Positions 15,642-23,835 of a stretch of 25,354 nt of DNA are shown here, piece after piece. The stretch covers positions 1-25,354 of IMG/VR virus record IMGVR_UViG_3300037751_000544. The stretch is one strand, 5' to 3'. This DNA is from a virus. Lineage: Duplodnaviria > Caudoviricetes. A program made the translations under genes and the position numbers. A model generated the notes under the pieces. It ran no database searches and had not been told where the DNA came from. It saw nothing but the letters and a program-made list of their open reading frames with translations. Position 1 is the stretch's first letter; the number at the start of each line of letters is the position of its first letter.

Positions 15642-16463
15642 ATGAGGCAGAGATTAGATTTCTCCGAGTTCGATGACAGCCTGTTCCGGAGTCGCTTCCG
15701 GATGCTGCCTGCGGTGTTTACGCTTCAGGCGGATAATGAGGTATTAGGTGCGGACCTTCCTCCCTACCTAGTCATCGATCCGGACGGGGCCAAGGATGTG
15801 CTGCTTCCTGTAGAGGATGAAACGACGAAGGGTCTTACCTTCATCATCTTCAACGCAGCAAGTGGTGCTGAGACTATTACTGTCAAGGATGATTCAGATA
15901 CTGACACTATCGCAACCATCACGCAGGGGCAATTTGCCATTGTCATCTGTGACGGTGATGCGTGGCGAGGTTTTGTCTTTGACCAGACTGTAGCAGCGTC
16001 GCTTACAACCCTTACTACGACGGGTGATGCGACTATTGGCGGGGATGCGCAGATTGATGGTGCTGCGCAGATTGACGGGCTGGCGAAGTCAGATGTCGGC
16101 TTTCAGACCAACGATACGGCGGTGATTGCTACATCCGATGGCCTAACTACGGGCCTTATCGCTGCAGGTACCGGCTTTGTCAGTGTCACGAATGCTACGA
16201 ATGGTGATGACATTGCAACGCTGCCAGCTGGCACTGCTGCAAACGTCGGCATGAGCATCTGGGGCTGGTCGGTTGAAGCGCATGAGCTTCGCACGCCGGC
16301 ATCTTCTGGAGCTACCATCAACGGTGTGGACTCGGATGGTACACAAGAGGCAGCTATTCCGGCGACGACCTTGTGGGAAGCACGCCTTGTTGCCGTGGAT
16401 ACCTGGATACTTCGGGCTTGGGATGAGCTTGCTGCAGCAATCAGCGAGATCGTGCCGGATTAA
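15642..16463 (+). CDS. virion structural protein, probable capsid decoration/head fiber
   Basis: Co-transcribed with the capsid gene before a terminator; AAGGAG RBS; two repeats of an 'LP...G....I' beta module; short IGGDAQIDGAAQIDG repeats. Confidence 0.7.
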   Translation: MRQRLDFSEFDDSLFRSRFRMLPAVFTLQADNEVLGADLPPYLVIDPDGAKDVLLPVEDETTKGLTFIIFNAASGAETITVKDDSDTDTIATITQGQFAIVICDGDAWRGFVFDQTVAASLTTLTTTGDATIGGDAQIDGAAQIDGLAKSDVGFQTNDTAVIATSDGLTTGLIAAGTGFVSVTNATNGDDIATLPAGTAANVGMSIWGWSVEAHELRTPASSGATINGVDSDGTQEAAIPATTLWEARLVAVDTWILRAWDELAAAISEIVPD

Positions 16464-16470
16464 TGAATGG

Positions 16471-16495
16471 GAGGGGCCTTGCGCCCCTCTTTTTT
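16471..16495 (+). terminator. Rho-independent terminator after the capsid operon
   Basis: GAGGGGC-CTTGC-GCCCCTC-TTTTTT. Confidence 0.88.
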
Positions 16496-16516
16496 CACCT
16501 CAAAATGGAGCCATAA

Positions 16517-16828
16517 ATGGGAATATACTACCCGACGACAGATAAGCTTCTTATGGACGCAGGCGTCAGCCAAGGCTCGCAGCAGTGGAATGGTGGTGAC
16601 GGTATAGCTGTCATATATGGAGGCACGCCTTCAACAACTATAACCGTGCAGTGCTCTTTTGACGAAGGTGCAAGCTGGTCAGGTGCACATATGTATGGGG
16701 CAGCGGACAACGCGCATTTAGCCTTCGGCTCTTCTCATGCTGATGCAAAGAACTTCAGGCTCCCACCGTGCCTTATGCGTGTGGATGTTGTGGAAGCTGG
16801 ATTGACTGTCAGAATAATGAGTGTGTGA
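16517..16828 (+). CDS. small beta-sandwich-like protein, probably structural
   Basis: GGAG RBS; ITVQCSFDEGASW motif; structural module context. Confidence 0.75.
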   Translation: MGIYYPTTDKLLMDAGVSQGSQQWNGGDGIAVIYGGTPSTTITVQCSFDEGASWSGAHMYGAADNAHLAFGSSHADAKNFRLPPCLMRVDVVEAGLTVRIMSV

Positions 16829-16834
16829 GATGCT

Positions 16835-16879
16835 GGGGCGAAGCCCCGAAGTAAGCCACTTTAGCGAAGCCCATCAGGG
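16835..16879 (+). repeat. motif B locus 6: GGGGC-GAA-GCCCC hairpin overlapping CCGAAGTAAGCCAC-TTTA-GCGAAGCCCATCAGGG
   Basis: Intergenic; 16-bp identity with the reverse complement of 2362-2377; ends 9 nt before the ATG at 16889. Confidence 0.9.
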
Positions 16880-16888
16880 AAGCTCGAA

Positions 16889-17185
16889 ATGCGCGAGATG
16901 TACATATCCAAAGGCTATGAAGACTGCAAGACTCTGAATATGGACGTGCCGAACGATAAATTCTTCGATGATGTGAGCATCGGCGACACTGTTCAGGTGA
17001 CCGTCAAGGGAAAGGTGAAGGGCCTAGATGCTCCACATGAGGGACCCGACTATGACATCGAACCGAAGGCGGGGCAGAAGCGGCCGACGAAAGTGTATCC
17101 AGGTAGAATGACCCTCGAAATCTCCGAAGAACCGCAGGCGGCGAAAATCCGAGAACTTAACGATCTGCTTGATGGTGAGGAATAG
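16889..17185 (+). CDS. hypothetical protein, 98 aa, beta-barrel-like core (VSIGDTVQVTVKGKV)
   Basis: Clean ORF bracketed by motif B and motif A. Confidence 0.75.
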   Translation: MREMYISKGYEDCKTLNMDVPNDKFFDDVSIGDTVQVTVKGKVKGLDAPHEGPDYDIEPKAGQKRPTKVYPGRMTLEISEEPQAAKIRELNDLLDGEE

Positions 17186-17186
17186 G

Positions 17187-17218
17187 TGTGGGTTTAGGAT
17201 CTAAATCCAAAACACATA
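17187..17218 (+). promoter_or_regulatory. motif A copy 4 (TGTGGGTTTAGGAT-CTAA-ATCCAAAACACATA)
   Basis: Fills most of the 43-bp intergenic gap before the fiber gene. Confidence 0.75.
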
Positions 17219-17228
17219 AGGCAGTGTC

Positions 17229-18590
17229 ATGACTATATCCCTCAAGCATGAATTTGAAAGTGCCATCCCTGATGGGGATGATGACACGCTTGTCCGCCCA
17301 AGTAATTGGAATGCTGAGCATGTACTGCTCATGGCTACAGGATTTATGCTTGGCCGTGTATCTGCCAGTGATGGTGTAACAGAAGAACTTTCCCCTGCAC
17401 AGATACGTACTTTGATTAATGTTGAGGATGGGGCGGCGGCTGATCTGACTGCAGCAGAAATTCTCGCGCTTTTGCTGGTTGTGGATGGAACAGGAAGTGC
17501 TCTCGATGCAGATCTCCTCGACGGAAATCATGCCAGCGCTTTCCAACCTATAAGTGCTAATCTTACTGCGTGGGCAGCAGAGGATCCGGGTGATTATAGC
17601 ACTACAGCAGAAGCTGATGTATTCTATCAACCACTTGATGCGGATCTTACAGCCATTGCCGCTCTGACAACAGAGGGTTTCGGCCTTAGTCTTCTTGAGC
17701 TTGTAGATGCAGCAGCGCTCGAGGCGCTTATTAGTGCACTCACGTTTACGAATACAGGGTTGCATATTCGAGACACCGGTGGTGATCATGATTACATCAT
17801 AGCGCCTGGGGAAGATGCTAGTGCAGATCGGACACTAACGCTTAATTTAAATAATGCTAATCGGACATTAAGTCTACCAAGTCCAACGTTTGTAAATACA
17901 ATACTTTCCGGTTATCTTGAAGCCGCAGAGATTTCCACGCCGTCAAATCCGGCAGCAAATTCATTGCGGGTATATCCCGTTGACGATGGCGGGGTAACGA
18001 AACTTGCGACGCTGGACTCCGCGGGAACGGAAACAATTTTAGGGGAAGGTGGAGCTAGCGCAGTTGCTGTCTTAGCGTCGGGTGTAGCGACATCCGGTAC
18101 CGCAGTCAATATCAACGGATTTTTCACCAGCGAATATTCTCATTATGAGTTGCGATTTTCCCAAGCTCGCCCAAGCGGAGATGCCAGGCTTGCATTTCAA
18201 GTCTTGATTGGAGGATCCCCAGATACAGACTCGGATTACCGCTATGGTGGAACCATGGGTGACTCCAGCGGAGCGGGTGGAACCTGGGGTGCAGGCGCTG
18301 ACTCAGAAGGCGGGGCGGCATTTATGCAATTGTCGTTATCGGATACTGAAAGCTCCGTAGCGCATGGCTGTTCCGGCGTTATTGACATTTATAACCCGCT
18401 CAACACGACATCACATAAAGATTTCACCTTCCGTACGAAAAACAGGCGAAACGATGGGTTTCTCGAATTCGGAGCTGGCGGCGGATGCTATGAAGGTGCG
18501 ACCACCGCTCTCAGCGGTGTTCGGTTTATATGGGATGGCGGAGAGAGCTTCCAAAATATCGAATGGACGCTGGTTGCCTATCCAAATTAA
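17229..18590 (+). CDS. fiber/spike-like structural protein, 453 aa
   Basis: N-terminal KH.F.S..PD......VRPSNWNAEH; fiber-type repeats QPISANLTAWAA and QPLDADLTAIAAL; beta-rich C-terminal domain. Confidence 0.75.
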   Translation: MTISLKHEFESAIPDGDDDTLVRPSNWNAEHVLLMATGFMLGRVSASDGVTEELSPAQIRTLINVEDGAAADLTAAEILALLLVVDGTGSALDADLLDGNHASAFQPISANLTAWAAEDPGDYSTTAEADVFYQPLDADLTAIAALTTEGFGLSLLELVDAAALEALISALTFTNTGLHIRDTGGDHDYIIAPGEDASADRTLTLNLNNANRTLSLPSPTFVNTILSGYLEAAEISTPSNPAANSLRVYPVDDGGVTKLATLDSAGTETILGEGGASAVAVLASGVATSGTAVNINGFFTSEYSHYELRFSQARPSGDARLAFQVLIGGSPDTDSDYRYGGTMGDSSGAGGTWGAGADSEGGAAFMQLSLSDTESSVAHGCSGVIDIYNPLNTTSHKDFTFRTKNRRNDGFLEFGAGGGCYEGATTALSGVRFIWDGGESFQNIEWTLVAYPN

Positions 18591-18601
18591 GAGGAATCCT
18601 C

Positions 18602-18769
18602 ATGCCTTGGGTGGAAGAAAACAGTGCAACAGGTACGTGGGTTAAACCAACTATTGGAGCTTTTCAACGCAACGCATTTCAAACTAATGCTTTTCAGGTA
18701 GATGAGTCTCATGGATGGCAAGAATCTTCTGGAGAAGACTCCACATGGTCTGAGGAGGCCGCGGCGTAA
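18602..18769 (+). CDS. 55-aa peptide with AFQxNAFQxNAFQ and spaced Trp repeats
   Basis: AAGAGG RBS; TAATG overlap with the adaptor gene. Confidence 0.7.
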   Translation: MPWVEENSATGTWVKPTIGAFQRNAFQTNAFQVDESHGWQESSGEDSTWSEEAAA

Positions 18770-19434
18770 TGCTAGGAAGTTTAGCGGTTGCAGAAATTAA
18801 ACGCTACATGGGTTTCCGCACAGATCTCGATGATGACGCACTTGAGCTGTTGCAGCTCGGGCAAGACCATCTCGAGCATAACTGGATCTCGCGGCCACTC
18901 CCATGGTTTCTCCTCTCTGAGAGAGCTACAACCAGCACCGTTACTGATGAAGAACGAGTGCAAGTACCGTCTGCTTTCATTGAAGAATATGAAGATGATG
19001 GTCTGTGGTTCATTGATGAGAATGGCGGGGAACATCTGCTGACAAAATATGATGCAGATGATTTACGGAAGCTTCAACAGGAACGGACGAGCTACAATAC
19101 GGTAGAACCCTCGACGCCGGAGCGACCAATTAGCTATGCGATCACAGGGGACTATTGGCGACTCTTTCCTGCTCCGACGGGAGTATATACACTTAGTCAG
19201 ATGTACTACCAAAAAGATGCAACGATTGCTCTTGATGAAGAAAACCGGTGGCTTAAGTATGCCCCGTATGTACTCATCGGATGGGCAGGTGAGCGTCTCG
19301 CCTCCGCAGCGCGTGATGGAGACGCCCTCGGTGTATTCGGCCCGATGAAATCAGCAGCCATCGCTGCGCTTGATGTGCAGACTCGAGAGCGGAAACTCAC
19401 TAATAGGCGCATGGCTATGGGGGAGACATTATAA
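18769..19434 (+). CDS. tail adaptor / head-tail connector (tubular protein A-like)
   Basis: PWFL, VP..F, RP..YAI, LFPAP...Y and NRWL..AP motifs; about 220 aa; position. Confidence 0.8.
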   Translation: MLGSLAVAEIKRYMGFRTDLDDDALELLQLGQDHLEHNWISRPLPWFLLSERATTSTVTDEERVQVPSAFIEEYEDDGLWFIDENGGEHLLTKYDADDLRKLQQERTSYNTVEPSTPERPISYAITGDYWRLFPAPTGVYTLSQMYYQKDATIALDEENRWLKYAPYVLIGWAGERLASAARDGDALGVFGPMKSAAIAALDVQTRERKLTNRRMAMGETL

Positions 19435-20441
19435 TGTCAGTCGAATCAGCCACATATCTTAACGACCTTGTTACAACAAACCCTATTGCCACAGATACAG
19501 TTGCTCAAGGTGATGATCATCTTCGGTTGCTTAAAGCAGTCCTCAAAGCGAGCTTTCCCGGTATAGCTGCGCCGAGGTATCTTGAGCAAGCGCGTGCTGA
19601 TGTGGCGTCAGCCTCTGCTCCAGATATCTGGGCAGCGACAACCAACTATGTTAACATCACCGGCACAACAACGATTACAGACTTTGCCGATGCTGACTTC
19701 AGTGGGCAGACAAAGCTTGTGCGCTTTGATGCTGTACTGACCCTCACACATGGAGCAAGTGCGATTGTCCTCCCCGGAGGTGCGAATATTACAACGGCAG
19801 CGGGCGATCATGCGCTTTTTGTTGCGCAAGGCACGACACAGTTTATTTGTATTATGTACATACGTGCAAGCAGCAGTCCAGATAATGCTGCTTTTACGAC
19901 GATAGAACTTGGGCACGCTACAGATACGACTATAGCGCGAGCAAGTGCAGGGCGTTTGACTGTTGAGGGCGATCCAGTTATTATGAAGTCAGATCTGACT
20001 GGGGCTATTGTAGCTTGGTCAACAGGTACTGCCCCGACAGGTTGGCTTGAATGCGATGGATCTGAGGTATCTCGTACTACTTACGCAGACCTCTTCGCAA
20101 TTATTGGGGAGATTTATGGAGATGGAGATAACTCCACTACATTTAACTTACCCGATCTCCGTGGTGAGTTCATTCGCGGTTTTGACAATGGTGTAGGTAA
20201 TGATCCGGATGCTGCATCACGTACAGATCGAGGTGATGGTACGACAGGTGATGCTGTTGGGACAAAACAGGCCGATGCCTTTGAAGCACACACGCATACT
20301 TATGATGAACCACAGGAGGGTAATCGTTCCGTTGGTACTGCTGGAGACGTAAACTTTACTTCGGAAGGAACTACAGGATCTACAGGCGGGAATGAAACGC
20401 GCCCACGTAACGTCGCAATGATGTGGATCATTAAAACATGA
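19434..20441 (+). CDS. tail fiber protein with phage tail-collar domain
   Basis: N-terminal ESATY..DL...NP......QGDDHLRLLK anchor; collar motif GAIVAW....APTGWLECDG...SRTTYADLFA.IG..YG.GD.STTFNLPDLRGEFIRG; C-terminal ETRPRNVA. Confidence 0.92.
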   Translation: MSVESATYLNDLVTTNPIATDTVAQGDDHLRLLKAVLKASFPGIAAPRYLEQARADVASASAPDIWAATTNYVNITGTTTITDFADADFSGQTKLVRFDAVLTLTHGASAIVLPGGANITTAAGDHALFVAQGTTQFICIMYIRASSSPDNAAFTTIELGHATDTTIARASAGRLTVEGDPVIMKSDLTGAIVAWSTGTAPTGWLECDGSEVSRTTYADLFAIIGEIYGDGDNSTTFNLPDLRGEFIRGFDNGVGNDPDAASRTDRGDGTTGDAVGTKQADAFEAHTHTYDEPQEGNRSVGTAGDVNFTSEGTTGSTGGNETRPRNVAMMWIIKT

Positions 20442-22042
20442 CGCTTGTCCCAATACATAACATAGCTCGGCACGGGGTTGTACGAGATCTGCCTGCTGCA
20501 GCCTTGCCACCGGAGGCATGGACTGATGCGCTGAATATGCGATTTACAGACGATAAAGCTTCTCGTTTTTTTGGCGATCAGGGTGTCATGGGAACACCAT
20601 CGGCTGCGCCTGGATTTCTTATGCCTGTGGAGGGCTCAGGTGGTGTGTTTTGGATTTACGCAGAAGCGGATGGATCAGGAAGTCATGTATACGCGTTCAA
20701 CTCTGCGACACATGCGGAGATTAGCAAGAGTGGCGGATACACCGTCAATAATGCAAGAAACTGGAACGGCACAGTCTTCCACGGCACACCGATTATCAAT
20801 CCTGTTAGTGATGATCCGCAGTTTTGGTCTGCGCTTAACCTTGGTACGGACCTACAGGATTTGACAGCGTGGCCAGCAGACACTACGTGCAGAAAAATAC
20901 GGACGTACAAGGCCTATCTTGTCGCGTTGCATATCACAGATGGTGATGGGGTGCACGGCCACCGTGTATTGTGGTCACACAGAGCAGCACCCGGAACAAT
21001 ACCGACCTCGTGGGATCATACAGATGACACTGTGGATGCGCGGATATTTGAACTTAGCGATGTTAACAGTGGACTTATCGTTGAAGGCCTCCCCTTACGC
21101 GATCTGTTCGCTATATATAAAAATGAGTCCACGTGGTTGATGCGCTTTAAGGGTGGCACGGATGTTATGGAGTTTGCCAACGTGCTGCAGGTTTCCGGGG
21201 TACTTGCCCCGCGTGTTGTTGTTCCTATGGTTCTTCCGAGGAATAAGACCCAGGTGCATTTTCTTCATAATGGTATCGACATAGGTGTATTTAACGGAAA
21301 TGATTTTGAAAGCATTGTCGATGAGAAGACAAGAAAATTTATCCTCAATGACATGGACTCTATCAATTATGAAAACACATTTGCGGTTGACAGTGCGGCG
21401 ACAGATGAAATCTGGATGTGCTATCCTGAAGAGGGTGCAGAGGTTCCCACGAAAGCTATGGTTTGGGATTATCGCAGGAATACAATAACCTTTCGGGGTA
21501 TAAATGCCTTACACGCTGCAACAGGGCCGGTGGAAACTGCATCGGCAACTACATGGGCAAATGTGGTAGGGACATGGGCAGAGCAAGAAGGCGCCAAATG
21601 GCAAGAGGGTGCGCGACGTAGATTGGTCCTCGCAGATCAGACTAATACTATGTTGCTTGGAACAGAGGTCGGAAATACCTTCAACGGAACTACCTTTAGC
21701 AGCTATCTCGAGCGTACGGGTCTAGCTATCGTCGGTCGCGACAGGGAAGGCAATCCGAAGGTAGACTATGAACGTAGGAAGCTCGTTACCCGACTGTGGC
21801 CGAAGATTAAAGGTGGACGAGTGCGGGTTACCATTGGTAAGTCTGAACAGATAGATGACGCTGTGGACTACGTCCGTGCGGATGGAAAGAACACAGCTAT
21901 ATATGATCCAGCGGGAGCTGAGCAGTATGTTGATGTCATCAACGAGGGCCGCCTCATTGCGGTGAAGTTCGAAGGCGTCGACGGAGACTACTGGGAGATG
22001 GAAAGCTACAGCATGGATGTTAAAGTCCTCGGAGGACACTAA
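20438..22042 (+). CDS. tail nozzle / tubular protein B (P22 gp10-like beta-propeller)
   Basis: G...DLP...LPPEAWTDALNMRF N-terminus, RVLWS, EIWMCYP; 534 aa; position. Confidence 0.82.
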   Translation: MTLVPIHNIARHGVVRDLPAAALPPEAWTDALNMRFTDDKASRFFGDQGVMGTPSAAPGFLMPVEGSGGVFWIYAEADGSGSHVYAFNSATHAEISKSGGYTVNNARNWNGTVFHGTPIINPVSDDPQFWSALNLGTDLQDLTAWPADTTCRKIRTYKAYLVALHITDGDGVHGHRVLWSHRAAPGTIPTSWDHTDDTVDARIFELSDVNSGLIVEGLPLRDLFAIYKNESTWLMRFKGGTDVMEFANVLQVSGVLAPRVVVPMVLPRNKTQVHFLHNGIDIGVFNGNDFESIVDEKTRKFILNDMDSINYENTFAVDSAATDEIWMCYPEEGAEVPTKAMVWDYRRNTITFRGINALHAATGPVETASATTWANVVGTWAEQEGAKWQEGARRRLVLADQTNTMLLGTEVGNTFNGTTFSSYLERTGLAIVGRDREGNPKVDYERRKLVTRLWPKIKGGRVRVTIGKSEQIDDAVDYVRADGKNTAIYDPAGAEQYVDVINEGRLIAVKFEGVDGDYWEMESYSMDVKVLGGH

Positions 22043-22320
22043 TGGCAATCCTCACATTGACATTCCCGCCGACATTTGACGATCCTCGGCAAGCGCTTGA
22101 ATGGGTACTTGCGCAACTTACAACTATTGAGACAGCTTTCAATCAGGGCCTAGATGGTATACAGTTGAATATACTGTATGTAGAGCCTGAGAAGAAACGT
22201 AACGGATTAATTGTCTTAGCAAGCGGAACTGTGGATGACGCTTCACATTGGGACCCAGGGGGAGATGGAAATCCAGGCATCTTTGCATATTACAACGGTG
22301 GATGGAATAAGCTCGGCTAA
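22042..22320 (+). CDS. small tail protein (needle/plug position)
   Basis: Helix then EP.K...G.IV.A.G...WDPG...GIFAYYNGGW; TAATG overlap with the nozzle gene. Confidence 0.75.
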   Translation: MAILTLTFPPTFDDPRQALEWVLAQLTTIETAFNQGLDGIQLNILYVEPEKKRNGLIVLASGTVDDASHWDPGGDGNPGIFAYYNGGWNKLG

Positions 22321-22723
22321 AGCCGTCGAAAGCGAAGTCGAGTTCAACACCCTCCTTCCCCAACTGGCCATCGCCATGCAGAGCAACCGTCATGAGTGGG
22401 AATACTACCATACGATGCAGGGGCTTGTTGAGATCATGAACGGCAACCGGCATATGCTGTTCTATGTTGGACACATGTACAACGTGCAGGCTTTCGCATT
22501 CTTCCAGGTCGATCGCTACCCCACAGGTGAGGCTCAGATTGACTTAATATGGTCTTGGGCGAAGGGTGAGTTGCAGGAAGAGGCTATTGCGGATGCAGCG
22601 AGCGCTCTGGCATGTGCAAACGGGGCGCGGAGGATGCGGGCTAACTCCTGCAGGCCCCTCGCCCGGAAGCTTATGAAGCTAGGGTACAGCGCTCGGAATC
22701 TCGAGATGATTAGGGATATGTGA
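22235..22723 (+). CDS. GNAT-fold-like virion assembly protein (position of T7 gp13)
   Basis: Alpha/beta pattern ending ACANGARRMRANSCRPLARKLMKLGY; lies between tail and ejection genes; true start probably downstream (22265 or GTG 22298). Confidence 0.6.
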   Translation: MTLHIGTQGEMEIQASLHITTVDGISSAKAVESEVEFNTLLPQLAIAMQSNRHEWEYYHTMQGLVEIMNGNRHMLFYVGHMYNVQAFAFFQVDRYPTGEAQIDLIWSWAKGELQEEAIADAASALACANGARRMRANSCRPLARKLMKLGYSARNLEMIRDM

Positions 22724-22724
22724 A

Positions 22725-23510
22725 ATGAACAGCGGATCGCAGAAGGTTACGCAGACGAATAAAGTTGAGCTATCTCCTGAACAGAAACAGTTGCTGCAAC
22801 AGGGGATGGGGCTTACACAGGGGACGGTGGATAATCCGCCGACATTGCCAACTCCAGCTGGGTTTACCCCTGAGCAGGTTGCAGGACAAGAGGCTGTTAC
22901 ACAGTCTGCGTCAGCTGGTGGGCAGCTTGCGAATACGACGGATAAACTTGCGAGTGCGCAGAACTTCCTCCTCGGCGATGTGCTCGATGTGAATAACAAC
23001 CCTGCCTTGCAGGGGGCTATCCAAAGCGCGCTCGATCCGATGCGACAGGAGTTCCTTACGAAGGTTCGCCCAGGCGTGGATCATTCATCTATTGGAACGG
23101 GTGCCTTCAGCAGCTACGGCGGCAGTGCAAGTACGCTTGCGAACAACCTCGCAGATCAGACGTACTTCCGTCAAGTGGGTAATACCACCAGCGATATTGT
23201 CAACAACGCGTACAACAGCGGGTTGTCGGCTATGACGCAAGGCGTCCTTGCTGCGCCGAACACGCAGAGAGGCCTGCTGCTTCCGGGCGCTGCGCTCGAT
23301 GCTGTGGGGCAGCAGAAGCAGGCGCAGCAGAATCTTGTCAGCCAGAGGGGATTTGAAAATGAGATGCTCCCGTTTAACCTTGGCTTGCAGCTAATGGGCG
23401 CGGCAGGCGGCATCCCTGGAGGGGGCTCCACAGGTACAGTGTCAACACCCGGACAGAGCCCTCTGCAGCAGATTCTTGGAACAGCGATAAGCGTCTTACC
23501 ATTCCTATAG
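22725..23510 (+). CDS. DNA ejection/internal virion protein (pilot-like)
   Basis: G/Q/A/N-rich; starts SGSQKVTQT..LSPEQ; hydrophobic Gly-rich C-terminus; position. Confidence 0.75.
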   Translation: MNSGSQKVTQTNKVELSPEQKQLLQQGMGLTQGTVDNPPTLPTPAGFTPEQVAGQEAVTQSASAGGQLANTTDKLASAQNFLLGDVLDVNNNPALQGAIQSALDPMRQEFLTKVRPGVDHSSIGTGAFSSYGGSASTLANNLADQTYFRQVGNTTSDIVNNAYNSGLSAMTQGVLAAPNTQRGLLLPGAALDAVGQQKQAQQNLVSQRGFENEMLPFNLGLQLMGAAGGIPGGGSTGTVSTPGQSPLQQILGTAISVLPFL

Positions 23511-23520
23511 GAGAAGTAGA

Positions 23521-23835
23521 ATGATTGATCCAACATTTCTCATGTCAATGATGGGTAACATGCAGGGGACGCAGGCACTTCAGCCGGGGTTCGATGCGAG
23601 TGGTGGTGGGGGTGGAGGTGGCCCAGACTTCATGCAGATGCTTGGGGGGCTGAAGCAGCAGACGCCGCAGAATTCGCCACTTTCAGGTGGAGTGAGTGGA
23701 GTGGGGGCGCAGCCGTTTCTGCAGAGTTTTCAGGGAGACATCCTCCAGAATGCCCTCACGCAAGGCTTCTCTCGAATGGGTGCCGCTGAAAATATGACAC
23801 CAACGCTTGGGGCGCTTTTAGCAGGAGCACGGTAA
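23521..23835 (+). CDS. Gly/Gln/Met-rich protein, probable ejection-module component
   Basis: TAGGAG RBS; low complexity; coupled to the next gene. Confidence 0.65.
   Translation: MIDPTFLMSMMGNMQGTQALQPGFDASGGGGGGGPDFMQMLGGLKQQTPQNSPLSGGVSGVGAQPFLQSFQGDILQNALTQGFSRMGAAENMTPTLGALLAGAR

Noticed and set aside
2079-17218. Motif A as a CRISPR repeat array
   Set aside because: Copies are kilobases apart, in both orientations, with no spacer-length periodicity and no cas genes; I do not recognise it as a known repeat type
2079-17218. Motif A as lox/dif-like tyrosine-recombinase sites (13-6-13 layout)
   Set aside because: Central spacers differ in all four copies (TTTAAA, TTCAGA, TCTATA, TCTAAA), whereas such recombination needs matching spacers; no recombinase gene in the window
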